This document shows, piece by piece, positions 20,199-30,093 of a stretch of 64,000 nt of DNA. This DNA comes from a virus. Under the pieces are notes generated by a model that had not been told where the DNA came from, did no database searches, and saw only the letters and a program-made list of their open reading frames with translations. The DNA lies in the IMG/VR virus record IMGVR_UViG_3300017565_000004, positions 1,049 through 65,048 of that record; one strand, given 5' to 3'. The position numbers were made by a program, and so were the translations under genes. Numbering within the stretch: the first letter of the stretch is position 1; the number at the start of each line of letters is the position of its first letter.

Positions 20199-20891
20199 AT
20201 GACGCAAATCGAACGAAATAAATACGTATTACCGCTAAACTTACAGACGTTTTCTGAACCGGAGGAACCGGGCGATCCAGTAGAACCGGAACCAAAGCCG
20301 GAGCCGAAAGTCGTAACGATGACGCAGGACGAACTAAACGACATGATTGCGAAACGTCTCGCTCGTGAAACGAAGAAATTCAGCGATTACGACGATCTTA
20401 AAACGAAGCTTTCCGACTATGAAAAAGCGGAAGCAGAGCGTAAGCAGGCGCAAATGTCCGAACAGGAACGTATCCAGGCGGAGCTAGAAGCGGCGAAGCA
20501 GAGGGCGGAAGAGGCGGAGAAGGCACGCGAGCAAGCGTTAAGCGCCGCGAACCAACGCGCAATTAAAGCGGAATTTAAGCTTGCGGCGGCAGGCGTTAAT
20601 ATCCGAGGCGACGCGCTAGACGATGCGTTTTTGCTCGTAGATAAGGCGGGTATTTCCGTAGACAATGACGGTAACGTTGTAGGTGTGAAAGAGGCGTTGG
20701 ACGCGCTGATTTCGAAAAAGCCGTATCTACTTGACGTTAAGCAGCCGCAGTCTCCGAAAGTTATCGGGGAGCCGAACAATCCGAAAGAGGAAGAACGTAG
20801 ATCACTACAGGCGCAATTAGAGGACGCAAAGAAGCGTAAGGACTTCGGCAAGGTCGTCGAAATCTCTAACAAATTAATCAACTTTAAGTAA
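20199..20891 (+). CDS. Capsid scaffolding protein
   Basis: LPLNLQTFS leader, TQDELNDMIAKRLARE, coiled coil, KPYL. Confidence 0.88.
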   Translation: MTQIERNKYVLPLNLQTFSEPEEPGDPVEPEPKPEPKVVTMTQDELNDMIAKRLARETKKFSDYDDLKTKLSDYEKAEAERKQAQMSEQERIQAELEAAKQRAEEAEKAREQALSAANQRAIKAEFKLAAAGVNIRGDALDDAFLLVDKAGISVDNDGNVVGVKEALDALISKKPYLLDVKQPQSPKVIGEPNNPKEEERRSLQAQLEDAKKRKDFGKVVEISNKLINFK

Positions 20892-20893
20892 AA

Positions 20894-20923
20894 AGTCAAG
20901 CGACATTAACGCTTGACTTTTTT
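20894..20923 (+). terminator. Terminator-like hairpin between scaffold and capsid genes
   Basis: AAGTCAAGCG-ACATTAA-CGCTTGACTT followed by T run. Confidence 0.7.
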
Positions 20924-20956
20924 ATTTATAAAAACAATTCTAGGGGGAATTTATCA

Positions 20957-22078
20957 ATGACAGCACTAACTTATGATTTTAAGGACCAAGTACGCCAATT
21001 AGAAGCAGGTATTTCGTTAATTATCGAGGATCAGCCGACGCTGCTTGGCCTAATTGGTATCGACGGTAATTCACTTACTCAAACGAAGTACGAATGGATG
21101 AGTGATAACCTTAACTCCAACCGCGCTAACGTAAAAACTGCGCTAACTAACAGTGCAACTTCGCTAGTAGTTAACGACGGTGACGGTGAAAAATTCCGCG
21201 TTAATGCTATCGCGGTAATCGGCGAAGAGTATATCAAAATCACCGCTATTTCCGGCGACACACTAACGATTGAACGTGGTTTCGACGGTACGACAGCGGC
21301 GGCGGCTTCTGCGGGTGCTGAAATTCGTATCGTTGCACGTCCGCAACTACAAGGCGCGGGTATCGGGTCAGACGAGAGTCACGACCGTTACACAGATTTT
21401 AACTACACGCAAATCATCGAGCGTTATGCGGCTGTTTCCGGTACTCAAATGGCGGTTAACACTTACAACGTGACTAACGAGCTTGACTACCAAGTACAGC
21501 TACGTTTGAAAGAAACTGCGCGCGAGCTTAACGACTGGCTGATCTACGGTCGTCGTATTCAAGGCGGTAAAAATACGCCAGGAATGACGGGCGGTCTACT
21601 TTACTTCGCGGAAAAAGGCGGTTCCTTCAAAAAGAACATGTCTGGCGGAGAAGTCGACGCAAAAGCGCTAAACGACGCATTGGAGGAAATCCTTAAACGT
21701 GGTGGTTCCGCTAATACGATCCTTACGAATACTGCGGGCGCTCGTCAAATCTCGAAATTGGCAGGCGATACAATTCGTACTGAACGTACCGACAGCGCAA
21801 CTGGTCACCGTATTCAAACGTTCGTGTCCGATATCGTAGGCGGCAGCGTAGCTACTATCGTTGTTGATCCGAACTTCCCGAAAAATAAAATCGCGCTATT
21901 TGACCGCGATATCCTTAAAATCAATCCGCTTGCTGGACGTGCTCTATACGACGTTGACGCTTCTGTTCCGGGCGCTGACTACGTGGCTCGTCAAATCCGC
22001 GGTGAGTACGGCGTAACAGTTAAAAACGCGAAAGAGAAAATCGCTATTATCGAAAATATCTCTAATAGCGTGTCTTAA
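20957..22078 (+). CDS. Major capsid protein
   Basis: Follows scaffold; KYEWMSD, NYTQIIER, MTGGLL, QIRGEYG. Confidence 0.9.
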   Translation: MTALTYDFKDQVRQLEAGISLIIEDQPTLLGLIGIDGNSLTQTKYEWMSDNLNSNRANVKTALTNSATSLVVNDGDGEKFRVNAIAVIGEEYIKITAISGDTLTIERGFDGTTAAAASAGAEIRIVARPQLQGAGIGSDESHDRYTDFNYTQIIERYAAVSGTQMAVNTYNVTNELDYQVQLRLKETARELNDWLIYGRRIQGGKNTPGMTGGLLYFAEKGGSFKKNMSGGEVDAKALNDALEEILKRGGSANTILTNTAGARQISKLAGDTIRTERTDSATGHRIQTFVSDIVGGSVATIVVDPNFPKNKIALFDRDILKINPLAGRALYDVDASVPGADYVARQIRGEYGVTVKNAKEKIAIIENISNSVS

Positions 22079-22083
22079 TAAGT

Positions 22084-22103
22084 GGGAGCTTCGGCTCCCT
22101 TTT
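22084..22103 (+). terminator. Intrinsic terminator
   Basis: GGGAGC-TTCG-GCTCCC-TTTT. Confidence 0.8.
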
Positions 22104-22132
22104 ACATTAAATTAGCGGAAGGGTGACGCAGA

Positions 22133-22267
22133 TTGGCAATCTCAGAAAAAGAAGCAGAACGTCTTAACCTAACATCGCCGGCAGCTAACGATATTAAGCT
22201 AGGCGACATTATTAAGGAACTACAGGAGAAAGTGGAGGCCTTAGAAGCAGGAGGTAGTGGTGCTTAA
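22133..22267 (+). CDS. 44-aa putative capsid-binding peptide (not in the ORF track)
   Basis: GAAGGGTGA RBS, TTG start, TAATG coupling to next gene; MAISEKEAERLNLTSPAANDIKLGDIIKELQEKVEALEAGGSGA. Confidence 0.8.
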   Translation: MAISEKEAERLNLTSPAANDIKLGDIIKELQEKVEALEAGGSGA

Positions 22268-22512
22268 TGGCAAAGTATAAAGCGTCTCCGCATTACGACG
22301 TAACGTTCGATAAACGAACGGTTTCTTTCGACATTAACGGAGAATACGAGACACTCGATAAAGACGAAATCGCGGCGTTAGATAAGTTAGTCCCTACGTG
22401 GATTAAACGAATTGACGAACCGGAACCGGAAGTATCCGAAGAAAAACCGGAGGTAAAGGAACCGAAACCGGCAGCCAAAGCCGCTAGTAAGCCGAAAGCC
22501 TCCGCAAAATAA
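22267..22512 (+). CDS. Small head-associated protein
   Basis: Position after capsid gene; low-complexity K/P/A tail. Confidence 0.7.
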   Translation: MAKYKASPHYDVTFDKRTVSFDINGEYETLDKDEIAALDKLVPTWIKRIDEPEPEVSEEKPEVKEPKPAAKAASKPKASAK

Positions 22513-22526
22513 CGGGAGGCGATAAA

Positions 22527-22916
22527 ATGGCGGTAAATATAACGGATGCAGACGAGTATATCGCGCTTAACTGTATTGATAACGAGGACTGGTCTGAAAG
22601 TGACGAAGCGAAAAAATTACGAATAATTAACGTCGCTAATCGTAAGCTCACGACCAAGTACGCTCGATATACGATACCGGACGAGGCGGTATATGAGTAC
22701 GCAAACGAATTAGCAATCGCGTTTAACGATACGAATCGACTACAGCAGCACGGCGTCGCCAGCTTCGGATTAAACGGCGTGGCGAATTTTACGTTTAAGG
22801 ATTGGGCGAAGTCCGGTCTTGACGCGTGGATATCCGATACGGTGCTCGATTTAATTTCGGCGGCAAACGGCGGGGCTACGCTTAGTCGGCGCGCGGTGAA
22901 ATGGACGGTGTTGTAA
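22527..22916 (+). CDS. Head-tail adaptor
   Basis: Synteny and size. Confidence 0.65.
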   Translation: MAVNITDADEYIALNCIDNEDWSESDEAKKLRIINVANRKLTTKYARYTIPDEAVYEYANELAIAFNDTNRLQQHGVASFGLNGVANFTFKDWAKSGLDAWISDTVLDLISAANGGATLSRRAVKWTVL

Positions 22917-22917
22917 T

Positions 22918-23241
22918 ATGGCGTGGATACCGTTAAGACAGACCGTCACTGTTTACCCGCCGGCCGACGAGGTTTACGATCCGTGGAATCCCGCACCGCC
23001 GCCCGAATCGTTTACGCTCCGCTGCCGCTATCAAGAGAACGTCGAAACCGTCCGTAACCAACACGGAGCCGAAGTCGTATCCTCTGCGCAAATATTCCTC
23101 GATAAATACGCGCCAGTAACCGCAAGCCACGAGTTTGAGTACGTAGACGAAAGCGGAACAACAACTCGATATAAGCCGCACAATGTCGCGCGCAAACGAT
23201 GGTTAAACGGTAAGGCGATTTTAACGGTGGTGTACGTATGA
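22918..23241 (+). CDS. Head closure (stopper) protein
   Basis: VRNQHGAEVVSSAQIFL; synteny. Confidence 0.65.
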   Translation: MAWIPLRQTVTVYPPADEVYDPWNPAPPPESFTLRCRYQENVETVRNQHGAEVVSSAQIFLDKYAPVTASHEFEYVDESGTTTRYKPHNVARKRWLNGKAILTVVYV

Positions 23242-23654
23242 GCAGGAACAGCAGAATCGACTTCGATTATAGCGAAGTAATGGCGGGACTAGAACGTAAG
23301 CTCTCGCAGATAGAAGCGGCCGCAAAGCGCGAAATGGGCGACTGCATGGACGATTTGTTAGCGGAGAGTACGAATATAGCACCGCTAGATAAAGGAACGC
23401 TGCGCGGATCGGCGCGGGCGGAAGTCGACTCGGACGGTAAATCCGTATCCGGAGCGGTTTACTATAACGCGGTCGAGAGCGGAGCTGGCGGGCGGTTTAA
23501 TTATGCGCTAAAAGTACACGAAATGGGCGAGTATAAGAATCCGACAACGCCGGGCACGCGACCGAAGTTCCTCTCCGAGCCGATGAAAAAGAACGCCGAA
23601 ACGTACCGACAGCGGATTGCTAACGCGATAGGCAAGGCGGTGAGAAACGATTGA
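23238..23654 (+). CDS. HK97 gp10-like tail completion protein
   Basis: APLDKGTLRGS...YALKVHE...PKFL. Confidence 0.75.
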   Translation: MSRNSRIDFDYSEVMAGLERKLSQIEAAAKREMGDCMDDLLAESTNIAPLDKGTLRGSARAEVDSDGKSVSGAVYYNAVESGAGGRFNYALKVHEMGEYKNPTTPGTRPKFLSEPMKKNAETYRQRIANAIGKAVRND

Positions 23655-24034
23655 TATCGATTAATGACGTAAGGACGGCGGTTAATTCGGTGGTTCCGTA
23701 TACGTGGTACGCGAACGAATACGTAAGGGATGCGGTGGACGATTCCGGATATGTCCGACTACATGGTAGTTTCGCGCCAGACGTATGGACGGACAAGCGG
23801 AAGCCGACGTTACAAATCGTATTACGAGCGAAGTCAGCGCCGACCGCTGAAACGAAAGCGTGGGCGGTATATAATGCGTTCCACAAGCGGACGAGTTTCG
23901 CTATTGGTACGCAGAAAATATCGTCGTCATTTGCGGAGCAGTCGGCGCCACTTTATCTCGGTCAAGACGAGAGCGGGCGCTTTCTATATAGTGTTAATTT
24001 CGTATTGACGCTTATTGCGGGACAAACAAAATAA
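23651..24034 (+). CDS. Tail terminator
   Basis: PTLQIVLRA...QSAPLYLGQDESGRFLYSVNF. Confidence 0.7.
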   Translation: MISINDVRTAVNSVVPYTWYANEYVRDAVDDSGYVRLHGSFAPDVWTDKRKPTLQIVLRAKSAPTAETKAWAVYNAFHKRTSFAIGTQKISSSFAEQSAPLYLGQDESGRFLYSVNFVLTLIAGQTK

Positions 24035-24100
24035 TATAAACGCGAACAACCGTTAAGTCACTGACTTGGCGGCTTCTTTGCGTTCAAGGGGGATTTATTA

Positions 24101-24643
24101 ATGGCAGTAAATGCTGAGACAATTAAGCTCGGTCCTTGTAAAGTAACGTTTGACGTAGGCGGTACGAAGCCTATCGTATTCGAACAGACGCAAGGCGGCG
24201 TCGTTCTAACTTACGAAGAAACTACGCGAGACATCAACGTCGATCAGCTCGGCACATCGCCAGCGGACGTAATCATCACCGGTCGTACAGCGACTATTGC
24301 CGTTCCAGTCGTAGAAAACGATTTAGAGAAGCTTGCGGCAGTCATTCCAGGAGCGGTACTCGTAGTTGACGGAACAGACGCGACGAAAAAACGCGTAGAC
24401 GTAAGCGCGGCGAAAGTTGAGCGCCTATTCAAATACGCTAAGAAAGTCCAGTTAGAGCCGCTAGATTCCGGAGCATCAGCGGACGATATCGTAACGCTCC
24501 ACAAAGCCGCAGCACAGACGAATCTTAACTATACGTACAGCTACGATAACGAGTTGATTACTAACGTAACATTCCGCGCATTTGAGGATGCGGAGAACGG
24601 ACTTATTTCTTTCGGTGACCCAAGCGCAACAGCAACGCCATAG
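24101..24643 (+). CDS. Major tail tube protein
   Basis: IKLGPCKVTF...TQGGV..VDQLG; synteny. Confidence 0.8.
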   Translation: MAVNAETIKLGPCKVTFDVGGTKPIVFEQTQGGVVLTYEETTRDINVDQLGTSPADVIITGRTATIAVPVVENDLEKLAAVIPGAVLVVDGTDATKKRVDVSAAKVERLFKYAKKVQLEPLDSGASADDIVTLHKAAAQTNLNYTYSYDNELITNVTFRAFEDAENGLISFGDPSATATP

Positions 24644-24659
24644 TAACGATAATTTAACG

Positions 24660-24693
24660 AAGGGGTAGCGGATTAAACCGTTACCTCCTTTTT
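24660..24693 (+). terminator. Intrinsic terminator
   Basis: AGGGGTAGCGG/CCGTTACCTCCT stem plus T run. Confidence 0.65.
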
Positions 24694-25128
24694 ATGGAGG
24701 CGAACGCAATCGTGTTATCACGTTTATTTAATAAATCGGCCGCATCGGACAATTCGGTATTCCTCGGCGATAAACTCGTCGAGATTCCGAAGCTGACTCC
24801 GGCAAAGTATAAATTGCTATTCGGACGTATCGAAGCACTTCCGCAGATTATTGCTCGTATCGTAGAGTCCCGCGGTAACGGCGACTTCATAACTACAGCG
24901 CTAATTGGCGTTGATATCGCACTCGACGAAATCGTTGAGGTTATCGCAGCACTAACGGACGTTGACGCCGAGTATATCCGCGAGAACGCCGGCATTGACG
25001 AAATCACAACGTTCGTAGCACGCACATTGGAGCGTAACGATTTGGCGACTACGCTAAAAAACTTCCGCGCCGTCCTATCCGCGGTCAATCCGAAGGCACC
25101 GGTACAGGGCGGCAATCACAACGATTAA
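24694..25128 (+). CDS. Tail assembly chaperone (G-like); start probably near 24709-24712
   Basis: Between tail tube and tape measure genes; slippery A AAA AAC at 25056-25062. Confidence 0.75.
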   Translation: MEANAIVLSRLFNKSAASDNSVFLGDKLVEIPKLTPAKYKLLFGRIEALPQIIARIVESRGNGDFITTALIGVDIALDEIVEVIAALTDVDAEYIRENAGIDEITTFVARTLERNDLATTLKNFRAVLSAVNPKAPVQGGNHND

Positions 25129-25436
25129 CGTTTGACGAATGGCTCGCACAGTCAGCCGTGCGGCTTGGCGTTAGTCAGCGAGCATTGGAAACGGAATATT
25201 ACCTCGTTGATATACCGATGTTGCTGCAGTTCCGTACGCATGAAATCGCCGAGGAACGGCTGTATACGTTGCAAAGCTTAACAGTCGCACAGACGACGGA
25301 TAAAGACGTATATGCGCGGTATGTAGACGAATTGAAATCGGGGCTATACGTAGGCAAGACCGACGCCCGACCGGAGCCGGAACGCTTGGATCGGAGCGCA
25401 CTTAGTAGCCTACGAAATAAAATCGGAAGGAGGTAA
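25062..25436 (+). CDS. Tail assembly chaperone frameshift extension (GT-like)
   Basis: -1 frame is open from the slippery site to 25436; no good RBS for GTG 25158. Confidence 0.7.
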   Translation, partial: LPRRPIRGQSEGTGTGRQSQRLTFDEWLAQSAVRLGVSQRALETEYYLVDIPMLLQFRTHEIAEERLYTLQSLTVAQTTDKDVYARYVDELKSGLYVGKTDARPEPERLDRSALSSLRNKIGRR

Positions 25437-25439
25437 CGT

Positions 25440-28400
25440 ATGAACGGAGCAACAGATGTCGGGTCGATACGGTCGGGCTTTATCGTTGATATTTCGGACG
25501 GTAAACGGAAGATGACCGAGATACGGACGGAGCTTGAATCGACGGCTAATACCGCTAAGAAATCGTCGTCTAGTATGCGCGAGGTTGGCGAAGCAATTAA
25601 AGACGCGGCGGCAAAGAAGCAGCAACTTGAACAGCTCGGCAAATCGCTCGACAACGTTAACGCACGGATTGAACATCAGAAAAAGGTATTGCGGACGTTA
25701 CAGCAAGCATACGCGGTGACATTTGATGACAAAAAGAAAACGCAGCTCGAAGGTAAGATTCTAAGCGTCGAGGCATCGTTAAATAGGCTGACTTCAACGT
25801 CCGATAAGACCGCGCGTCAAATGTGGGAACTCGAAGATAGTATGCGTGAAGTTAGCGTCGAAACGGAAAAGACCGAACGAACCGTCGCAGGGCTAACGTC
25901 GGTACTTACGGCACTCGGCGCGGGCGCATCGGCGGCAGGCATCGCTAAAACGGTTATGACGTTAACGGACGAGGCGAATCAGCTCGGCAATGCGTTAACG
26001 GGCGTTAAACAGGTCGCGGGCGCACTCGGACATGACGTCGCACAAGTAACGCAAGTAACGGAACAGCTCGCAAGCCGCGGTATCCTATCGTTGACAGAAG
26101 CGGCGACGGCGGTTAAAACGGCGCTGGCTACCGGTTATGATATCGAGCAGACAATTAACCTCGTTAATACGTTGACGGACGCAGCCGCATATAACCGCGA
26201 AGCTCACCTCGATTGGGGCGAGGCGGTCGTAACGGCGATTCAAGGTATTAAATCCGGTAACTCGACGTTAACGGACGCGGCCGGCATTACGACGAACCTA
26301 TCGGTTATGTACGACAAGTATGCGAAATCAATCGGTACATCGGCGGCAAACTTAACGGACGCGGGCAAAGCACAAGCGGCATATAACGGAATGATCGAAG
26401 AAGCCGCGATGTTTGCCGGTAATGCGGACGCGGCACTCGAAGGATATACGGGTACGAATAACTCGTTTAAGAAATCGGTTGAAATGGCGCGGGTTGAGCT
26501 GGGCGAGGCGTTTCTGCCGATCGTGCAGGATATAACGGAGGAAATCGTACCGTTGATCCAACGTTTCACCGATTGGGCGGCCGCTAATAAGGAAGTAGTA
26601 GCCGGAGCAACCGCGGCAGGACTTGCGTTGACAAGTTTAATAGCGGTGGTTACGACGGCTATTACCGTTGTAGGTGCGTTAAAAATAGCGGTTGACGCGT
26701 TGAAAATATCGATAGGGCCGGCCGGCTGGTTAATGATCGGAATAAGCGCAGTGACGACCGGTATTACGACTTATTCATTAGCGGCTAACGCGGCGACGGA
26801 ATCTACGTGGAAATTTGCGGAGAGCCAAGACGAACTCAATCGCAAACTGAACGAATCGCCGTTAACTCGATCCGTAGAGGATTTACGTAAACTACAAGAG
26901 GATTATGAACGGTTAAATACGTTAGTCGAGCGTCAGAAGGAGCTGCAGGAGCAAACGGCGTCTATTCCGACATTCGCGGGGGCGCGCCAGGTTACGGATG
27001 AAATGCGGGCGATAACGGAAGAAAAAAGTAAGCTTATCCGTGAGCTGAACGAAGTTAACGATGCACTACGGGAGCTAGGCGTAACTTCTGCGGCTGATTC
27101 AGCGGCGGCGCTCGAACGGATGCGTAAACAGATTGAACAATCTACGCCAGCACTTCGTGAATTACGACTAGAGACGTTACGTCAGATTGCGGCACAGGAA
27201 GATGGCGTTAAACAGACCGAAACGCTCGCAGGAAGGTACGCGGAGCTTGCACGACAAGAGTCGCTAACAAAGGAACAGACCGGAGAATTAACGTCGGTTG
27301 TCGGACAGCTTACAGAAAAGTATCCGGAGCTACATACGGAGCTTGACGAGCAAGGACGACTACTTATCGTTAATGAATCGTTACTGCGCGGCATAATAGC
27401 GGCAGAGCAAGATACGGTAGAAGCGGCACTTGCGGCAGAGCGCGAAATCAAAGCGTCAAAGGTTCGTACAGCACAAGCGGCGGTCGCGGCGGCAGAAGCG
27501 CAGATTAAGGCATTACGAGCGGTTGCAGTATCGGAAAAGCCGGAGTGGATCGAAGGTAACGACTTATTCGGTGACCGAATGCGACAGGCGGCAGCACAAG
27601 CGGCTGACGATAAACAATCGGAGATTAATCGACAACTTAGCGATATTAGTGCGTTGCAGACCGAAATTAACGCGATTGATAACGGTACATGGCGTGAATT
27701 AGCTAGTAGTACGGGTTCGTCCGGTTCGAAAGATTTGTTTACGCCGGGCAAGGATAAGACAAAAAAGGAAAAGACGGCCAAGCAGAAAACGGCGGAGGAA
27801 ATCGCAAACGACGCATATCGTGCCGCGCTAAAGCAATTGGAGATTCGTCGATTACTCGGTGATTTAACGGAGCAGCAGGAAGCGGACACACTCGCTCGCC
27901 TAGCGAATCAATATAAGAAATACGATGACATATGGATTGACGCGGAAAGTCGTCGTCAGCGTGTCGTTGAGCAGATGGAAAACGCACGTGCGAAAGCGGC
28001 TGAACAGGCGGCAAAGGACGCGGAGGCGAAGGCGCGCGCTGGATACGAAGCTTCGGCGGAATGGATCGAAATGCAGACGCGGAAGATGACGGAAGCAGGC
28101 CGGTCGGAAGAGGAAATTACGAAGATGCAGCTCGAAGCCTGGACTCGCGTACGGAACCGCTACGATAAGGACTCCGACTATTACAAGCGGGCCGACAAAG
28201 CGATGTATGAAGCACGTATGGCTCTACGTAAACAGGACGAGAAACTAGCGAAGGAAATCGCCGATAAGCAGAAGGAATACGTTAAGGACGCACTAAAGGC
28301 GATTGAAGCGCAGAAAAAAGCGGAACTATCGGCGCTCGACGAAAAGAAACGCGCGACGCAGAAGTATTACGATGATCTACTTCGTCAGATTGACGATGGC

Positions 28401-29237
28401 GAACGGGGCCGCGAGCGTGCTGAAATCGAAGCCGAGGCGGAAAAATATCGATATGCAACGTCTGAACGCGGGCAGAAGTATTACGCGGAGTTACTCGAAC
28501 AGCTTCGTAAAATGGACGTCGAGGATACGAAACGGGCCCTCGAAGATGAACGAGACGCGAAGCTCGATGCGTTGGAGGAACAGAAAGAGGATATCGAATC
28601 GTGGTACGACGATATTAAAGAAGCGGCGGACAACTTTAACGGCGACATGATTCGTATGTACGAATTAACGGAGGATGCACGATTCAAAGCGTTCACGACT
28701 ACGAATCAGAAGATCATCGCGGAAATGGCGAAGTTCCAATCGGACATGGCATCGCTACAATCGTCATCGCCAAGCGGAAACTCATCGGTAGTCGCGCAAA
28801 TGTCGGCGAACGCGAAAGCGTGGCATACGGCGGACGCGGCAGGCAAGCAACGTTTAGCAGCCGAGAACCAAGTGTTAGGGCAGTCGATAGGCGCTTCGTA
28901 TAACGGCGGTAAGTGGTCGGACAAGTCGGGCGTACCGTTATTCCATACGGGACGTGACGGTGCGACGGGGCAAACGTTTAGTCTATCCGACCGTTTGATG
29001 CCGGACGAACTTGCGGCAATATTACGTGATACCGAATACGTATTTACGCCAGGACAGCTTGATTCGTTGTTAGCGGCTAGATCCGGTGGTGGGACGGTCG
29101 TTAACGTTGAGAAAGTCGTCGGTCTTGAAATCGGTGAAGCAACGATGGAAGACGAAATCGATATGCGTGCGCTCGGACGTACCGGTAACGATTTAGTCGC
29201 GGATATGCTACGTAATCAATATATGAAAGGGGAGTAG
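25440..29237 (+). CDS. Tail tape measure protein
   Basis: 1265 aa, Ala-rich helical, hydrophobic segments, C-terminal FHTG..E..AIL..EYV. Confidence 0.93.
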   Translation: MNGATDVGSIRSGFIVDISDGKRKMTEIRTELESTANTAKKSSSSMREVGEAIKDAAAKKQQLEQLGKSLDNVNARIEHQKKVLRTLQQAYAVTFDDKKKTQLEGKILSVEASLNRLTSTSDKTARQMWELEDSMREVSVETEKTERTVAGLTSVLTALGAGASAAGIAKTVMTLTDEANQLGNALTGVKQVAGALGHDVAQVTQVTEQLASRGILSLTEAATAVKTALATGYDIEQTINLVNTLTDAAAYNREAHLDWGEAVVTAIQGIKSGNSTLTDAAGITTNLSVMYDKYAKSIGTSAANLTDAGKAQAAYNGMIEEAAMFAGNADAALEGYTGTNNSFKKSVEMARVELGEAFLPIVQDITEEIVPLIQRFTDWAAANKEVVAGATAAGLALTSLIAVVTTAITVVGALKIAVDALKISIGPAGWLMIGISAVTTGITTYSLAANAATESTWKFAESQDELNRKLNESPLTRSVEDLRKLQEDYERLNTLVERQKELQEQTASIPTFAGARQVTDEMRAITEEKSKLIRELNEVNDALRELGVTSAADSAAALERMRKQIEQSTPALRELRLETLRQIAAQEDGVKQTETLAGRYAELARQESLTKEQTGELTSVVGQLTEKYPELHTELDEQGRLLIVNESLLRGIIAAEQDTVEAALAAEREIKASKVRTAQAAVAAAEAQIKALRAVAVSEKPEWIEGNDLFGDRMRQAAAQAADDKQSEINRQLSDISALQTEINAIDNGTWRELASSTGSSGSKDLFTPGKDKTKKEKTAKQKTAEEIANDAYRAALKQLEIRRLLGDLTEQQEADTLARLANQYKKYDDIWIDAESRRQRVVEQMENARAKAAEQAAKDAEAKARAGYEASAEWIEMQTRKMTEAGRSEEEITKMQLEAWTRVRNRYDKDSDYYKRADKAMYEARMALRKQDEKLAKEIADKQKEYVKDALKAIEAQKKAELSALDEKKRATQKYYDDLLRQIDDGERGRERAEIEAEAEKYRYATSERGQKYYAELLEQLRKMDVEDTKRALEDERDAKLDALEEQKEDIESWYDDIKEAADNFNGDMIRMYELTEDARFKAFTTTNQKIIAEMAKFQSDMASLQSSSPSGNSSVVAQMSANAKAWHTADAAGKQRLAAENQVLGQSIGASYNGGKWSDKSGVPLFHTGRDGATGQTFSLSDRLMPDELAAILRDTEYVFTPGQLDSLLAARSGGGTVVNVEKVVGLEIGEATMEDEIDMRALGRTGNDLVADMLRNQYMKGE

Positions 29238-29243
29238 GCGGAC

Positions 29244-30023
29244 TTGACGGAACAGTCTTATGGCTTTACGTACAAAGGACGGCACTGTTCGGAGTTTGGC
29301 GCGCGCCTACTCCGCTATAACGTAGGAAGCCCACAGCTCCGCGAAAACGAAGATACGGTCGCGGGGCTTGACGGCGTTATCGATTATGGTACGGAACTCG
29401 GTAAACGGGAAATCGAAGTCGTATTCGATATTGATCCGGACGAGCGGAGTTTTAAGCGGCGGCAGTCGCAAATTTTATCGTGGCTTAAGCCCAAAGGGCC
29501 GGGCGAACTCGTATTTGACGACGTGCCCGACCGCTTTTTTAACGCCAAGCTAACGGGAAGTATGGCGGTTGAGCAAATCGGTAAATATGGCGAAATTCGC
29601 GTTACGTTTAAGGCGGCCGATCCATATTCGTATTCAACGACGGAATCAGACGACGTTATTCTCGACTCGGACGTTGTATTGGACGAAGAAATTACGCTCG
29701 ATGCCGCGTGGTCATTTACGGTTAATAGTCCGCAGACTGTTACGGTGAATAATTGGGGCTACGAAGATATTCGTCCACGCATCGTAATAACTGGTAGTTG
29801 GACGACGATAAGTATAGCCGGACTTACGTATAATGCCGCGGCGGCCGGAAAGACACTCGTTATCGATGGCGAACGGGAAACGGCGCGAATAGACGGTGTA
29901 TCCGTACTCGGAAACGTAACGGGCGATTTCGTAACGTTGGAGCCGGGTAATAACACGGTAACTATCGGAGGCGCGGCGCTTAACTGTACGGTGAGTTTCG
30001 AGTTTCGTGCGAAGTATCTATAA
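29244..30023 (+). CDS. Distal tail protein (Dit)
   Basis: GFTYKG, GELVFDDVPDRFF, FKAADPY, FVTLEPGNN. Confidence 0.85.
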   Translation: MTEQSYGFTYKGRHCSEFGARLLRYNVGSPQLRENEDTVAGLDGVIDYGTELGKREIEVVFDIDPDERSFKRRQSQILSWLKPKGPGELVFDDVPDRFFNAKLTGSMAVEQIGKYGEIRVTFKAADPYSYSTTESDDVILDSDVVLDEEITLDAAWSFTVNSPQTVTVNNWGYEDIRPRIVITGSWTTISIAGLTYNAAAAGKTLVIDGERETARIDGVSVLGNVTGDFVTLEPGNNTVTIGGAALNCTVSFEFRAKYL

Positions 30024-30093
30024 CTTAGCGGATATAGATACTTGCCGTTTTAACGTGAATATAACGCAGACATAGCGAAGGGGGAACGGATAG

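Noticed and set aside
27182-27889. Long minus-strand ORFs overlapping structural and replication genes (this one is an example)
   Set aside because: Antisense shadows of well-supported plus-strand genes, with no RBS or motifs
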